From contig JAVZLK010000001.1 in assembly GCA_038883795.1 (NCBI GenBank), forward strand, positions 96,001 through 160,000: a stretch of DNA of 64,000 nt, given 5' to 3'. This DNA is from Candidatus Bathyarchaeia archaeon. Lineage in GTDB: Archaea; Thermoproteota; Bathyarchaeia; Bathyarchaeales; Bathycorpusculaceae. Shown one piece after another: positions 29,331 to 39,137 of this stretch. Under the pieces are notes generated by a model. That model ran no database searches. It saw only the letters and a list, made by a program, of their open reading frames with translations, and was not told the DNA's origin. The stretch's first letter is position 1. The number at the start of each line of letters is the position of its first letter. Made by a program: the position numbers and the translations under genes.

Positions 29331-30375
29331 AAAGCCATGTAAGGTCTGGAGCCTTTCTTTTGATTTTCACTCTTTCGTTGAGGGCATGGGTTATAAGCGG
29401 CAAAGCAATGGTGGCATCGCAATAAACAGTCACTCTTTTTCCTTGACTGTGGATTTTGCCCCAGCTTATGGCTTCTTCCAAGGTGCAGCCTGACAGCCCA
29501 CCCCACTGGGGAGAGTCTGTGGTTATTTGGATGGCATATTTGTGGGGGTAATAGTATTCTTTTACGCTTTTGCGCATGAAGCCTTCTCTTCCGGGCACGC
29601 CTTTGTCCATTGTTTTTGTTGAGACTGATATGGCTATGAGTTGTGTGAAGTCTTTCGGTACGCCTCCTCCTATGTAGATGACGCCTATGTCTTTTGTTTT
29701 TTCGCCTATGCCAACGAATTGGTCGAATTCTTTTACTTGGTCTAATAGAATAGTGTGGCCTCGGTTTTTCGCCATTAGGAAGGCTTCTCCGTAGGCGCTG
29801 TCTGATATTGCTGGACAAAATATTGGAACATTATTTTCTGCGGCTACGGCGGCTATGCTTTTTATTCCTTTTTTGCTTAGCCACTTTCCAAAGAGGTAGA
29901 GCAGTTCCATTGATGAGTATGCAAAGTCTGTTTTTAGTGTTAACATGAATTCGGTCATGAGTTCTTCCATCTGCCTATAATCTGATTCTTTTCCGTAGAC
30001 ATCGTAGTATCTGTTAATGTCAGCTTTAACGAGGGCAGCATCATTAACGTATGGTGTGCCTTGCCAATAACCAAGGCCCATGGCATCCACTATGTCTTCT
30101 GAAACATTGGCTCCTGTTGAGACTAGGACGTCTATGAAGCGGTTTTCTATAAGCCAGTTAACAATTTTCCACTGCCCAGCCGTGCTCATGGAACCAGCAA
30201 AGCCCATGATTATGGTTAAGTCTTTTTCTTTAATCATGGCTTCCCAAACTTCAACAGCCTCTCCAAGTTTTCTGCCTTGGTAGGCGGTTTTGCTCATTTC
30301 CGCCAAAAGTTCGGAAATTTTCTTTTCTCTAACTTCGATGGCTTCAACCTTTCTTTCAAAGTATGAGCTTGACAT
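29314..30375 (-). CDS. Second deoxyhypusine-synthase-like protein (possible homospermidine synthase-type)
   Basis: VSTGANVSED, INRYYDV, PAISDS, GGGVPKDF and GGLSGCTLEEAISWGK. Confidence 0.82.
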   Translation of the reverse strand: MSSSYFERKVEAIEVREKKISELLAEMSKTAYQGRKLGEAVEVWEAMIKEKDLTIIMGFAGSMSTAGQWKIVNWLIENRFIDVLVSTGANVSEDIVDAMGLGYWQGTPYVNDAALVKADINRYYDVYGKESDYRQMEELMTEFMLTLKTDFAYSSMELLYLFGKWLSKKGIKSIAAVAAENNVPIFCPAISDSAYGEAFLMAKNRGHTILLDQVKEFDQFVGIGEKTKDIGVIYIGGGVPKDFTQLIAISVSTKTMDKGVPGREGFMRKSVKEYYYPHKYAIQITTDSPQWGGLSGCTLEEAISWGKIHSQGKRVTVYCDATIALPLITHALNERVKIKRKAPDLTWLFKDVS

Positions 30376-30438
30376 ATTAGGTCTCCCTTTTAGGATTAAA
30401 AAAGCAGTATAAGAAATTTTTGTAAACTATTCTCTAAA

Positions 30439-31221
30439 TTAAGTGTAGAAAATGTCCGGTTTTTTTCTCAAGTATTCTACGTACAAGTTGATTAATTCTT
30501 TTAGCTTAACCAGTTTAAGGGTTGCTTTTCCAACTTTAACTGTTTTCATTATTTCATGTTTTAGGCATGGTTTCTCTAATTTTGCAAAATTTGGATATGG
30601 TCCCACATCCCATTCCCACTCATTTTCTGGATATTTTTCTACGAACCATTTCGGCGGAGTTATCTTTTCCAGTATATGTTTTGGAAGTTGAACCATGTTT
30701 TCTGCAAGGTGCATGGCGGTGCAGATTTCCAAGCCTACGCCTATCAAGAGGATGTAGCCGTCAAGTTCGTACACTACTTTCCACCCATCTAGGCTCCTTC
30801 CATCGCCAGCGCTTGTTATTTCTTTAGCCTTTGGACCTATGGCTGCTATTGACAAACTTGGATGCTGACTCCTTATTACGCCTTTGCGTTTTCTGAAAGT
30901 TTCGGGTATTATTCCTGTCGTGCATGGGGTTTCTTTTTGGTTGTATGGCAAGATTTTGAAAAGCCATGAAACTCCCGCAGCTTTTTCTTCAAGTGATAGT
31001 TCAACTTTTTCTAGATTGCTTGAGTGGGTTGGCATGACGATGGTTCCTCCTTTTCCAACAACTTCTAATAAAGCATCAATGACTGTGTCAGCTCCTCCTT
31101 CAACATACCCAAAACTGCTTAGGGAACCGTGAACGCCTACAATGTCTCCTTTCTTTAATCCAAGCTTCTTTAAACCAGCCTTAATGTCTTCTTTAGATAT
31201 CCGTTTCAAAGGTTTTACCAT
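30439..31221 (-). CDS. AAC(3)/YokD-family N-acetyltransferase
   Basis: VHGSLSSFGYVEGG, MPTH, GIIPETFR, RSQHP and LLIGVG...TAMHLAE. Confidence 0.85.
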   Translation of the reverse strand: MVKPLKRISKEDIKAGLKKLGLKKGDIVGVHGSLSSFGYVEGGADTVIDALLEVVGKGGTIVMPTHSSNLEKVELSLEEKAAGVSWLFKILPYNQKETPCTTGIIPETFRKRKGVIRSQHPSLSIAAIGPKAKEITSAGDGRSLDGWKVVYELDGYILLIGVGLEICTAMHLAENMVQLPKHILEKITPPKWFVEKYPENEWEWDVGPYPNFAKLEKPCLKHEIMKTVKVGKATLKLVKLKELINLYVEYLRKKPDIFYT

Positions 31222-31331
31222 CCATTAATTGAAAGCGTATGCAAAATTATACTTTACGAATAAGCTGGAACTAACGTTGAGAAACTGCTAAATGCATGCA
31301 CTTCTAGTTTAAAGCGGGTGGATGATGCAGT

Positions 31332-32003
31332 TTGAAGATGTCAAGGGAAGAATTGGCTAAAATGATTGATTCAACCAACGTGAGGGCCACAGCGACAAAA
31401 AAGGAAATTGAAAAGCTCTGCAAAGAAGCAGTCAAATATGGCTTTAGATGTGCAGTTGTTAACCCCTATCACATAAAGTTTGCAGCCAAACTGCTGAAAG
31501 GTTCAGATGTTAAAGTTTGCTCTACTGTTGGTTTTCCCTTCGGCGTTTCACTACCAGAGATAAAGGCTTTAGAGGCTGTTAAGGCTGTAGAGGACGGCGC
31601 AGAAGAATTGGACATGGTTATAAATTTAAGCGCCTTAAAGTCTGGCGATTACGATTTTGTGAAAAAAGATATAATGGCTGTTTTAGATGTTAAACGATTA
31701 TCTAACGAAATAATCGTGAAAGTAATCATCGAAACCGCATATCTAACAAGAGATGAGAAAATAACTGCCTGCAAACTTGTCAAGGAAACAGGAGCAGATT
31801 TTGTCAAAACCTCAACGGGCTTGTTTGGAAAAGGAGCAACAATAGAAGATGTGCGACTGATGCGGCAGACCGTAGGCAAGGACATGGGTGTTAAAGCTGC
31901 TGGTGGCATAAGAACATACGCTGACGCAATAGCCTTCATCGAAGCTGGGGCAAACCGCATAGGAACAAGCACAGCGACAACAATAATTAAAGATGCACCA
32001 TAA
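31332..32003 (+). CDS. deoC: Deoxyribose-phosphate aldolase
   Basis: VGFPFG, ELDMVIN, KVIIETAYL, FVKTSTG, VKAAGGIRT and RIGTS. Confidence 0.95.
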   Translation: MKMSREELAKMIDSTNVRATATKKEIEKLCKEAVKYGFRCAVVNPYHIKFAAKLLKGSDVKVCSTVGFPFGVSLPEIKALEAVKAVEDGAEELDMVINLSALKSGDYDFVKKDIMAVLDVKRLSNEIIVKVIIETAYLTRDEKITACKLVKETGADFVKTSTGLFGKGATIEDVRLMRQTVGKDMGVKAAGGIRTYADAIAFIEAGANRIGTSTATTIIKDAP

Positions 32004-32007
32004 ACGG

Positions 32008-33972
32008 CTACATTTTTTCTGGAGCTACTATGCCCAACAGATTAAGAGCGTTTCTTAACACGATTCTTACGGCATTTACGAGGGCAAGTCTTGCGTCGCT
32101 GAGCTCTTTTGGTTCAGCTTTTATCACCGGATAGGCGTTGTAAAAAGTGTTAAATTTGTCGCTTAAAGCGTTTGCAAAATCTGCAATCATGTTCGGTTTA
32201 AGGAAATCGGTTGCCTCAACAAAAACTTCTGGGAAGTTTGCCAAATCTAAAACTATTTGATTTTCTATTCTTTCCTTCAAAAGCCCATAATCTGGGTTTT
32301 CTGGTTTTCTTTCAGCTTTTCGTAGGATGCTGCATGCTCTTGCATGCGTGTATTGTATGTATGGTGCACTATTTTTTTCAAAATTTAACACCCTGTCCCA
32401 TGTGAAAACAACTGGTTTGGATGGGTCAACTTCCACAAGCGCATAGCGGACTGCGCCTATGCCAACAAACTCTGCAATTTTCCTCTTTTCATCTTCAGAC
32501 AATTGCGGAGAACGTTTCGAAACTTCCTTATAAGCCCGTTCAACCGCTTCCTCCATAACTTCGTCAAAGGTTATGTAGCGTCCCCTTCTGCTTGACATTT
32601 TATAGCCTGGAAGCGTTACGAGGTTATAGGCAAAGTGAACCAAATTGTCCGCTTTATCACCATAGCCCAAAGCGTGTAAAGCTATTTTCAACTGCAACTG
32701 CGCAAGGCTCTGCTCCATGCCTATAACATTAATGAACCTATCCGCTCTTTCAAACTTCCAGAGTGTATAAGCGATATCTCGTGTGGTATAGAGTGTTGTG
32801 CCGTCGGCACGCATAAGTGTCAAAGATGGAACCTCATAATCTTCCCTTAAACCAAGTTTCTGTTTCAAGTTAAGCTCTTTAACCGCCTTTTCTGCGTCAA
32901 ACTCTAAAACTCCACCCAAAATAAAGACGTAAGGTGTCCTCTTCAATTTTTCAAGGGCTTTACTAACGCTGTTGCTCCAAACAAGATCGCTTTCCCAATC
33001 CCACGAATCATAAAAAACTCCAGCCCGCCCCAGAGTTTCCCTAAAACCTTGGAGGCATAACTCGCTAACTTCTCTTATCAGCGCTTTCGCTTTCTCTTCT
33101 CCTTTCTCGTAGGCTTGATTTAGCTTGTTAACCTCATTTTCTGGGTCTTCATCCCTGCTAACAGCATCCAAAAGTTTTTCGAAAAGGTTTGGAAAGCGTT
33201 CTTTCAGCTCTACCGCCACGGACATCCAATCGTCCAGTTCCCGGTTAATTTTTGCAACCTCTTCGTTCAGCGAAGCCTTTTTTGCTTTTTCAAGTTCCTT
33301 TTTTAAGCGGTTAATTTCGATAAGGCAGCTGGTTATGGTATAGATTTTTCCAATATAGTGATCTGGTTTGCCCTCTGGTTTGGGTTTACCCAGTTTTTTG
33401 TATCCATAGGCGATGACTGCTGTTTGACGACCAACGTCATCAACATAGTAGTGGCGGAAAACCTTGTGTCCAATGGCTTTAAACATGTTTGCAATGGCGT
33501 CACCTAAAATTGGATTTCTGGCTTGTCCAATGTGTATGGGGTGAAGCGGGTTTACACTTGTGTGTTCAACAATTATTTTTAACGGCTTTTCAGTTTTAAC
33601 AAAACCATATTCCATGTCTAATTGCCAGATTGATTGAATAGTTAAGGCTGAAAACTTTGCAAAATCAACATGAAAGTTTATGTAACCGCCTCCCGCCGGA
33701 GCAACACGTTCAATTAAAGAAAACTTTGACTTATCCATGGCTTCAACTATGCGGTCAGCCAAAACAGCAGGTTTTTCGCCCACGTTTTTGGCAAACTCAA
33801 AACACAGAGAAGAAGCCAGCTGACCAAAATCTGGGTTGGGCGGTTTTTCTAACATTAAACGCGCAATTTCAACTTTCGGAAAAAGTCTCTTTAAAGCATC
33901 TTCTAAAACGGTTTGGCACTCAAGACGGAATACTGCGAAAGGATTTTCCGAAACCATCATTTTCTCTATCAC
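32008..33972 (-). CDS. argS: Arginyl-tRNA synthetase
   Basis: EHTSVNPLHPIHIGQARN, DGTTLYTTRD, KMSSRRG and PYIQYTHAR. Confidence 0.95.
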   Translation of the reverse strand: MIEKMMVSENPFAVFRLECQTVLEDALKRLFPKVEIARLMLEKPPNPDFGQLASSLCFEFAKNVGEKPAVLADRIVEAMDKSKFSLIERVAPAGGGYINFHVDFAKFSALTIQSIWQLDMEYGFVKTEKPLKIIVEHTSVNPLHPIHIGQARNPILGDAIANMFKAIGHKVFRHYYVDDVGRQTAVIAYGYKKLGKPKPEGKPDHYIGKIYTITSCLIEINRLKKELEKAKKASLNEEVAKINRELDDWMSVAVELKERFPNLFEKLLDAVSRDEDPENEVNKLNQAYEKGEEKAKALIREVSELCLQGFRETLGRAGVFYDSWDWESDLVWSNSVSKALEKLKRTPYVFILGGVLEFDAEKAVKELNLKQKLGLREDYEVPSLTLMRADGTTLYTTRDIAYTLWKFERADRFINVIGMEQSLAQLQLKIALHALGYGDKADNLVHFAYNLVTLPGYKMSSRRGRYITFDEVMEEAVERAYKEVSKRSPQLSEDEKRKIAEFVGIGAVRYALVEVDPSKPVVFTWDRVLNFEKNSAPYIQYTHARACSILRKAERKPENPDYGLLKERIENQIVLDLANFPEVFVEATDFLKPNMIADFANALSDKFNTFYNAYPVIKAEPKELSDARLALVNAVRIVLRNALNLLGIVAPEKM

Positions 33973-34055
33973 GCCAATGCTCTAAACCTTTTAGGGTTGA
34001 GGTTATATTTTAATTTGAAAACAATAAAGGATACGCTCATGAGCGTGAACATTCC

Positions 34056-34907
34056 ATGAAGACAAAAATAATATTTTCAGAAAAATGCCTAAACTATGGA
34101 TTCACACACATAGAAAGCCCTGAAAGGGTTAGAAAAGCCTGCGAAATCTTAAAGCAGAAAGGCTACGAATTTTTAACGCCCGAACCAGCCCCAGAAGAAG
34201 CCTTGCTGAAGGTTCATGACGCTGAATACTTATGGAATCTAAAAAAGGGTTTCGTAGAAGACGCAGACACACCAGCCTACGAAAACATATACGAATACGC
34301 AAAACTTTCCGCCGGAGGAGCCATTTTAGCAGCAGAAACCAATGGTTTTTCCCTCATGAGACCCCCAGGACACCATGCGGGCAGAAGTGGCACCGCCATG
34401 GGGGCATATACAAGAGGTTTTTGTTATCTAAACAACATTGCCATAGCAGTGAAGCATTTGAACAAGCCAACCCTAATTTTGGACATTGACGGCCATCATG
34501 GAAACGGAACCCAAGAAATTTTCTCCAAAGACCCAAAAGTAACTTATATTTCACTCCATAGGCATCCGCATTATCCAGGAACAGGCTATGGTTGCGAGGA
34601 AAACTGCCTAAACTTTCCATTATGGGCAGATTGCGGAGAAGAAGTTTACTTAAAAACGTTAGATGAAGCTCTAAGTAAAGTTAACATGGAGAAGTTTGAA
34701 ATAGTGGCGGTTTCTGCAGGCTTTGATGCCCACGCTGGAGATTTAGCTTCTTTGGGTTTAACGGAAAAGACTTATAGAGAAATAGGAAAGCGCATAGCAT
34801 CTTTGAAAAAACCCACATTCTTCGTTTTGGAAGGCGGCTACCATGGCGAAAACATCGGAAGAGATATCGACCAATTGTTAAAGGGAATGGAAACATCAAC
34901 CCGTTAA
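34056..34907 (+). CDS. Second histone deacetylase family protein (compact)
   Basis: RPPGHHA, GFCYLNNIA, DIDGHHGNGTQ, SAGFD and LEGGY. Confidence 0.88.
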   Translation: MKTKIIFSEKCLNYGFTHIESPERVRKACEILKQKGYEFLTPEPAPEEALLKVHDAEYLWNLKKGFVEDADTPAYENIYEYAKLSAGGAILAAETNGFSLMRPPGHHAGRSGTAMGAYTRGFCYLNNIAIAVKHLNKPTLILDIDGHHGNGTQEIFSKDPKVTYISLHRHPHYPGTGYGCEENCLNFPLWADCGEEVYLKTLDEALSKVNMEKFEIVAVSAGFDAHAGDLASLGLTEKTYREIGKRIASLKKPTFFVLEGGYHGENIGRDIDQLLKGMETSTR

Positions 34908-35002
34908 TTTTTTATGTAAAATTTGTATGGTTAATTTCCTTTTTAGTGGAAGCGATAAGTTTTTAAATTTCTCCAAAATATTTTCGCCGAGAGGGTTTTA
35001 AA

Positions 35003-36376
35003 ATGGCTGAAATAAAGGAGGTCCCCTCCAAAATCAGCCGTTTTGAACGAGTAGGAGCCCACACACACATTAAAGGTTTAGGATTAGACAAGAATTTGAA
35101 AGCAGTAAAAGTTAAGGATGGCATGGTCGGCCAAGAAAAAGCTAGGGAAGCTGCTGGCCTCGTTGTTGAAATGATAAAAGAGGGAAAGTTAAGCGGAAAA
35201 ACTGTGATTTTGGCTGGTCCACCGGGAACTGGCAAGACCGCCATTGCCGTTGCCATATCACGAGAGTTAGGTCCCAACGTTCCCTTCATACAGATGAGCG
35301 GTAGCGAAATTTACAGCAGCGAACGTAAAAAAACCGAAGTTTTAATTGAAGCCATGAGGAAATGCATTGGAGTTGAAATTCATGAAATGCGCAAAGTTTA
35401 CGAAGGTGAAGTTGTAGGCATCGATATAAGAACCACATCGCATCCTTACAATCCATACCAAAAGGTTCCAGAAAGTGTACGAATAACATTAAAAACTACA
35501 AAACAAGAAAAAACCATTGAAGCAGGAGCCTCCATTGCCCAACAAATAATTCAGCAAGGAATAACAGAGGGACATGTCATCCAAATAGATGCGGAAACCG
35601 GAAGAGTGGCAAACCTCGGTTTAAGTTTAGAAAGCACAAAAGGCAAAACCTATGATGTGGATACAAGCCAAAAAATTCCAAGACCCACGGGCGATGTTTT
35701 AAAGGAGAAAGAATTTGTTTATTCGCTTACTTTGGCGGATTTAGATGAGCTCAACGCGAGACAACGCTCTGGAGGATTTTTCTCGCTGTTTTTTGGAGGT
35801 TCAGAATCAAAGGAAATAGATACGGAAGTGCGCATGGCTGTGGACCAACAAGTAAAGGAGTGGGTGGATTCTGGAAAAGCCTTCATACATCCAGGTGTCC
35901 TATTCATCGACGACAGTCACCTATTAGATTTAGAAGCCTTCAGCTTTTTGGGAAGAGCCCTAGAAAGCGAGCTTGTTCCGATAATCATTTTGGCAACAAA
36001 CCGCGGCGTAACAACAATCCGTGGCACAGACGTAAAAAGCCCCATGGGTTTCCCATTAGACCTTCTGGACCGTTCAGTAATAATCGCCACTCATGAGTAT
36101 GACGCAGAAAGCATAAGGGAAATCCTAAGCATAAGAGCAAGAGAAGAAAAAGTAACAATAGAGAACGACGCATTAGAAAGGCTGACAAATATTGGAGCAA
36201 AATCTTCGCTTCGTTACGCCGTACAACTCCTCAGCCTAGCAGCCCAAAACGCGGCTGCCATGAAACGCAAGAGCGTTACTCTTGAGGATGTGGAGAGGGT
36301 TGATGCCCTATTCATGGATATAGGCGAAGCCAGCGAACACCTGAGAAAATATGAAGAAAAACTCATGTACCATTAA
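35003..36376 (+). CDS. TIP49/RuvB-like (RUVBL) AAA+ ATPase
   Basis: AHTHIKGLGL, GQEKAREAAG, GPPGTGKT, PGVLFIDD, LATNRG, DLLDR and SLRYAVQL. Confidence 0.92.
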   Translation: MAEIKEVPSKISRFERVGAHTHIKGLGLDKNLKAVKVKDGMVGQEKAREAAGLVVEMIKEGKLSGKTVILAGPPGTGKTAIAVAISRELGPNVPFIQMSGSEIYSSERKKTEVLIEAMRKCIGVEIHEMRKVYEGEVVGIDIRTTSHPYNPYQKVPESVRITLKTTKQEKTIEAGASIAQQIIQQGITEGHVIQIDAETGRVANLGLSLESTKGKTYDVDTSQKIPRPTGDVLKEKEFVYSLTLADLDELNARQRSGGFFSLFFGGSESKEIDTEVRMAVDQQVKEWVDSGKAFIHPGVLFIDDSHLLDLEAFSFLGRALESELVPIIILATNRGVTTIRGTDVKSPMGFPLDLLDRSVIIATHEYDAESIREILSIRAREEKVTIENDALERLTNIGAKSSLRYAVQLLSLAAQNAAAMKRKSVTLEDVERVDALFMDIGEASEHLRKYEEKLMYH

Positions 36377-36498
36377 AAATAACACAATTTTTCTCTAAAA
36401 CTGCAGTTTGAAGCTTCTTTAAGCCGTAACTCTGTAAACCCTAACACCAATTTTAAATAGAAGTTCAAAAGAAACGTTCAGTACGGAGTATTGATTAT

Positions 36499-37293
36499 TT
36501 GAAACGTTTAAACCCTTTTGATGTGGGTCGAATAATTGTTACTGGTGGAAGAAAAATTTTTGGTTTCGCCTTGGAGGCATGCTACGAAAAAAGTGTTTTG
36601 CGCCAGCTTGGGGAGTTGGCGGAAAAACAGGGTGTCATAGTGCGCTACATTCAAATTTCAATGCCAAAACCATCAGATGAAACAGCTAAAGCAGTAGCCT
36701 TCATCGACTTTTCACAGTCGCAGCTTTCACCAGAAGAGGCAGAAAAAATTCTCAAAAACCAAAAGTTTGTTAAATCAGTCAAACTCCTAAAACCAGTGGC
36801 TGACAAATTTGTTAGTGATTCACACTATTTCCCATTAACAATAATGGATGAGAGAGCATTAATTTTTAGAAAAGAAATTTACGAAGGAATTTTTAAGGGC
36901 GTAAGAAGCCAGTTCGGTACAGCGGGCGAAGCCTTTCTTTATTATATAGGATTTGAGATTGGAAAACGTGCATACCTGAGTTATAGCAAATTGTCTGGAA
37001 CCGAGGATTTTGAAGCCTTAATCGCCACGGCAAAAGCCGTCAACCTAACCCTTGGCTGGAGCATCCTTAAAGAAGCAAAAATAAATGGAAAAGCAAAAAC
37101 CGCAACAATCACCCTACTAGAAAATTTTGAATGTAACCTTGCAAGAGGCTATGGAAAAGCTTACAGCCAATTCTACAGAGGAGCCATAGCAGGCATCTTC
37201 ACCCAATACTTTAAAACCGAAATGAAAGCCGAGGAAACCAAATGCGTAGCAAAAGGAGACCCATACTGCCAATTTGAAATTAAGCAAGCATAA
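36499..37293 (+). CDS. V4R-domain protein with N-terminal ACT-like domain
   Basis: ENFEC...RGAIAGIF...EETKCVAKGDPYCQFEI. Confidence 0.8.
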   Translation: MKRLNPFDVGRIIVTGGRKIFGFALEACYEKSVLRQLGELAEKQGVIVRYIQISMPKPSDETAKAVAFIDFSQSQLSPEEAEKILKNQKFVKSVKLLKPVADKFVSDSHYFPLTIMDERALIFRKEIYEGIFKGVRSQFGTAGEAFLYYIGFEIGKRAYLSYSKLSGTEDFEALIATAKAVNLTLGWSILKEAKINGKAKTATITLLENFECNLARGYGKAYSQFYRGAIAGIFTQYFKTEMKAEETKCVAKGDPYCQFEIKQA

Positions 37294-37330
37294 AACAAAC
37301 ATAATCATTGTTTGCATTTGCTTAGACCTT

Positions 37331-37409
37331 TGGCGGGCCCGCTGGGATTTGAACCCAGGATCTCCGGCTCCGCAGGCCAGCGTCCTAATCCGTACTAGAC
37401 TACGGGCCC
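37331..37409 (-). tRNA. tRNA-Arg(GCG), no intron, CCA encoded
   Basis: Reverse complement is GGGCCCGTAGTCTAGTACGGATTAGGACGCTGGCCT-GCG-GAGCCGGAGATCCTGGGTTCAAATCCCAGCGGGCCCGCCA. Confidence 0.95.
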
Positions 37410-37446
37410 ACAGAAACAAATTTGGTTATTGCTAATAAAAGGGTTT

Positions 37447-39054
37447 TTAATTGCTTTTTAGGGTTCTTTCTAAAGCGTCTATCACGTTTTGTTTTCCCAT
37501 GGTTAGGATGTATGGGCCTAATCTTGGTCCTTGGGGCACGCCTAAGAGGATCGTGTATAGGGTTTTGAAGAAGTTGGGTGGTTGGATGTTGTATTTTTTG
37601 GCTGTGTTGAAGATGGCGTTTTGGATTTTTTCGGCTTCGTTTTCGACTTTTAGGGTTTCAATTAATTCTTTTATCGCTTCTTTTTCTTCAAGTGTTAGAG
37701 TGACTGCTGTTTCTTTTATTTCTTCAAAATCTCTTATCCAGTTAAAGGCATACTCGATACGCTTTCGAAGGTTTTCATCCAAGGTTTGGTCTTTCCGTAA
37801 ATAGCCGTAACTTCTTAGCTTTTCAGTTATGAATTCCTCTTCACGCTCTTTTGGCGCCATTTTAGCCAAGAACGTGAGAAGGTTATATGGCACTTTGATG
37901 CTTGGTTTTGAAGGAGGCTTCATCACCCAGCAGTATTCGTATAAGCCTCGAAGTTTGGCGAGTTCCTTTTCATCTTTCAGCTTTTTAACTCCAAAGTATA
38001 TGTCTTCCAAATAATCAAGCTCGTTCATGTAGGCGGGTATATCTGTAACGTCTAAGGTGCGGGTTCCAACAAACCTTTTCAACATTAACAAAAGCAGTGA
38101 TTGGGGCGAACCATAACGGAACCAGACTTGTGGTGTGAAAACGTTTCCTGTGGATTTTGAGATTTTTCTTCCGCTTTTGTCAAGAAACATTTCATACATG
38201 GCGTGGGATGGCGGTTCATAATTGAGTATTTCGCGGCAAATTCTATCGTTTATCCGCACAGAGTCAGCTATGTCTTTTCCATAAGCTTCAAATCTTATGT
38301 CAAGAGCTTTCCATCTGGCAGCAAACTCGCCTTTCCATGAAAGTTTGCCTTCGCCTTTTTTCACGTTGGCTTCGCCTTTGAAGCCGCAGCCTTCAATCCA
38401 TCTGCCTTTGATTTCCATTCCTTCACAAACGTAGAGAACTTTGTCTTCTTTTGGCAGATATTCTAGGGCTTTGGTTGTGTAAATGCGTCCACAGTTTTCG
38501 CATATTGGGAAATATGGTAAGACTTCCATGTAACGCTCTTGTCCCACCTCTTCTTTGACGATTTCACCGACTCTCTTGGCGTTTAAAAGCAAAGTTTCAA
38601 CTTCTTTGTTTAGTATTCCTTTTTCGTAGGTTTCCTTGGCGGAAACGTAACGATATTCTATAGAACACTTGTCCAAAGCTTCCAGTAATAGTGAACTCAT
38701 GTGTTTACCGTAACTTTCATGGCAACCGAAGGGGTCGGGAATGTCGGATACTGGAAAACCCAAATATTTTTCAAGGGATTTTGGCAAGCCAGCCGGAACC
38801 TTCCGCAATCCATCCTTGTCATCACAAAAGGCAACCAATTCTGAATTATAGTTTTGTTCCCTTAAAGCCAAAGTAACAGCATAGGAGCGGGCAGCATCGC
38901 CCAAACTTCCAATGTGTGGAAAACCTGAAGCGCCCAAACCCATTTCGGTTCTTATAAGGTCTAAGCTTCTGCCCAGCTTCCGCTCTCTATCAATTATTTT
39001 TGCTGCCATTTTATCGTACCAAGTGCCTCTGCCAATAATCTCCTTGCTCATCAC
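37447..39054 (-). CDS. lysS: Class I lysyl-tRNA synthetase
   Basis: GASGFPHIGS, DGLRKVP, GKLSWK, FEAYGKD, KISKSTGN and QGPRLG. Confidence 0.93.
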   Translation of the reverse strand: MMSKEIIGRGTWYDKMAAKIIDRERKLGRSLDLIRTEMGLGASGFPHIGSLGDAARSYAVTLALREQNYNSELVAFCDDKDGLRKVPAGLPKSLEKYLGFPVSDIPDPFGCHESYGKHMSSLLLEALDKCSIEYRYVSAKETYEKGILNKEVETLLLNAKRVGEIVKEEVGQERYMEVLPYFPICENCGRIYTTKALEYLPKEDKVLYVCEGMEIKGRWIEGCGFKGEANVKKGEGKLSWKGEFAARWKALDIRFEAYGKDIADSVRINDRICREILNYEPPSHAMYEMFLDKSGRKISKSTGNVFTPQVWFRYGSPQSLLLLMLKRFVGTRTLDVTDIPAYMNELDYLEDIYFGVKKLKDEKELAKLRGLYEYCWVMKPPSKPSIKVPYNLLTFLAKMAPKEREEEFITEKLRSYGYLRKDQTLDENLRKRIEYAFNWIRDFEEIKETAVTLTLEEKEAIKELIETLKVENEAEKIQNAIFNTAKKYNIQPPNFFKTLYTILLGVPQGPRLGPYILTMGKQNVIDALERTLKSN

Positions 39055-39137
39055 GCCATGCTCCTAATAGCATAATTAAAAAGCAAATAAAAATGTTACA
39101 GAAATAGTTAGCAGAACCATAAAAATATAGGGGACGG

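Noticed and set aside
29306-29818. Arg/His-rich 170-aa ORF
   Set aside because: Alternative frame within the second DHS gene; no recognisable motifs.
30439-31221. Acquired aminoglycoside resistance gene
   Set aside because: AAC(3)/YokD-family homologues are widespread with other or unknown substrates, and there is no mobile context.
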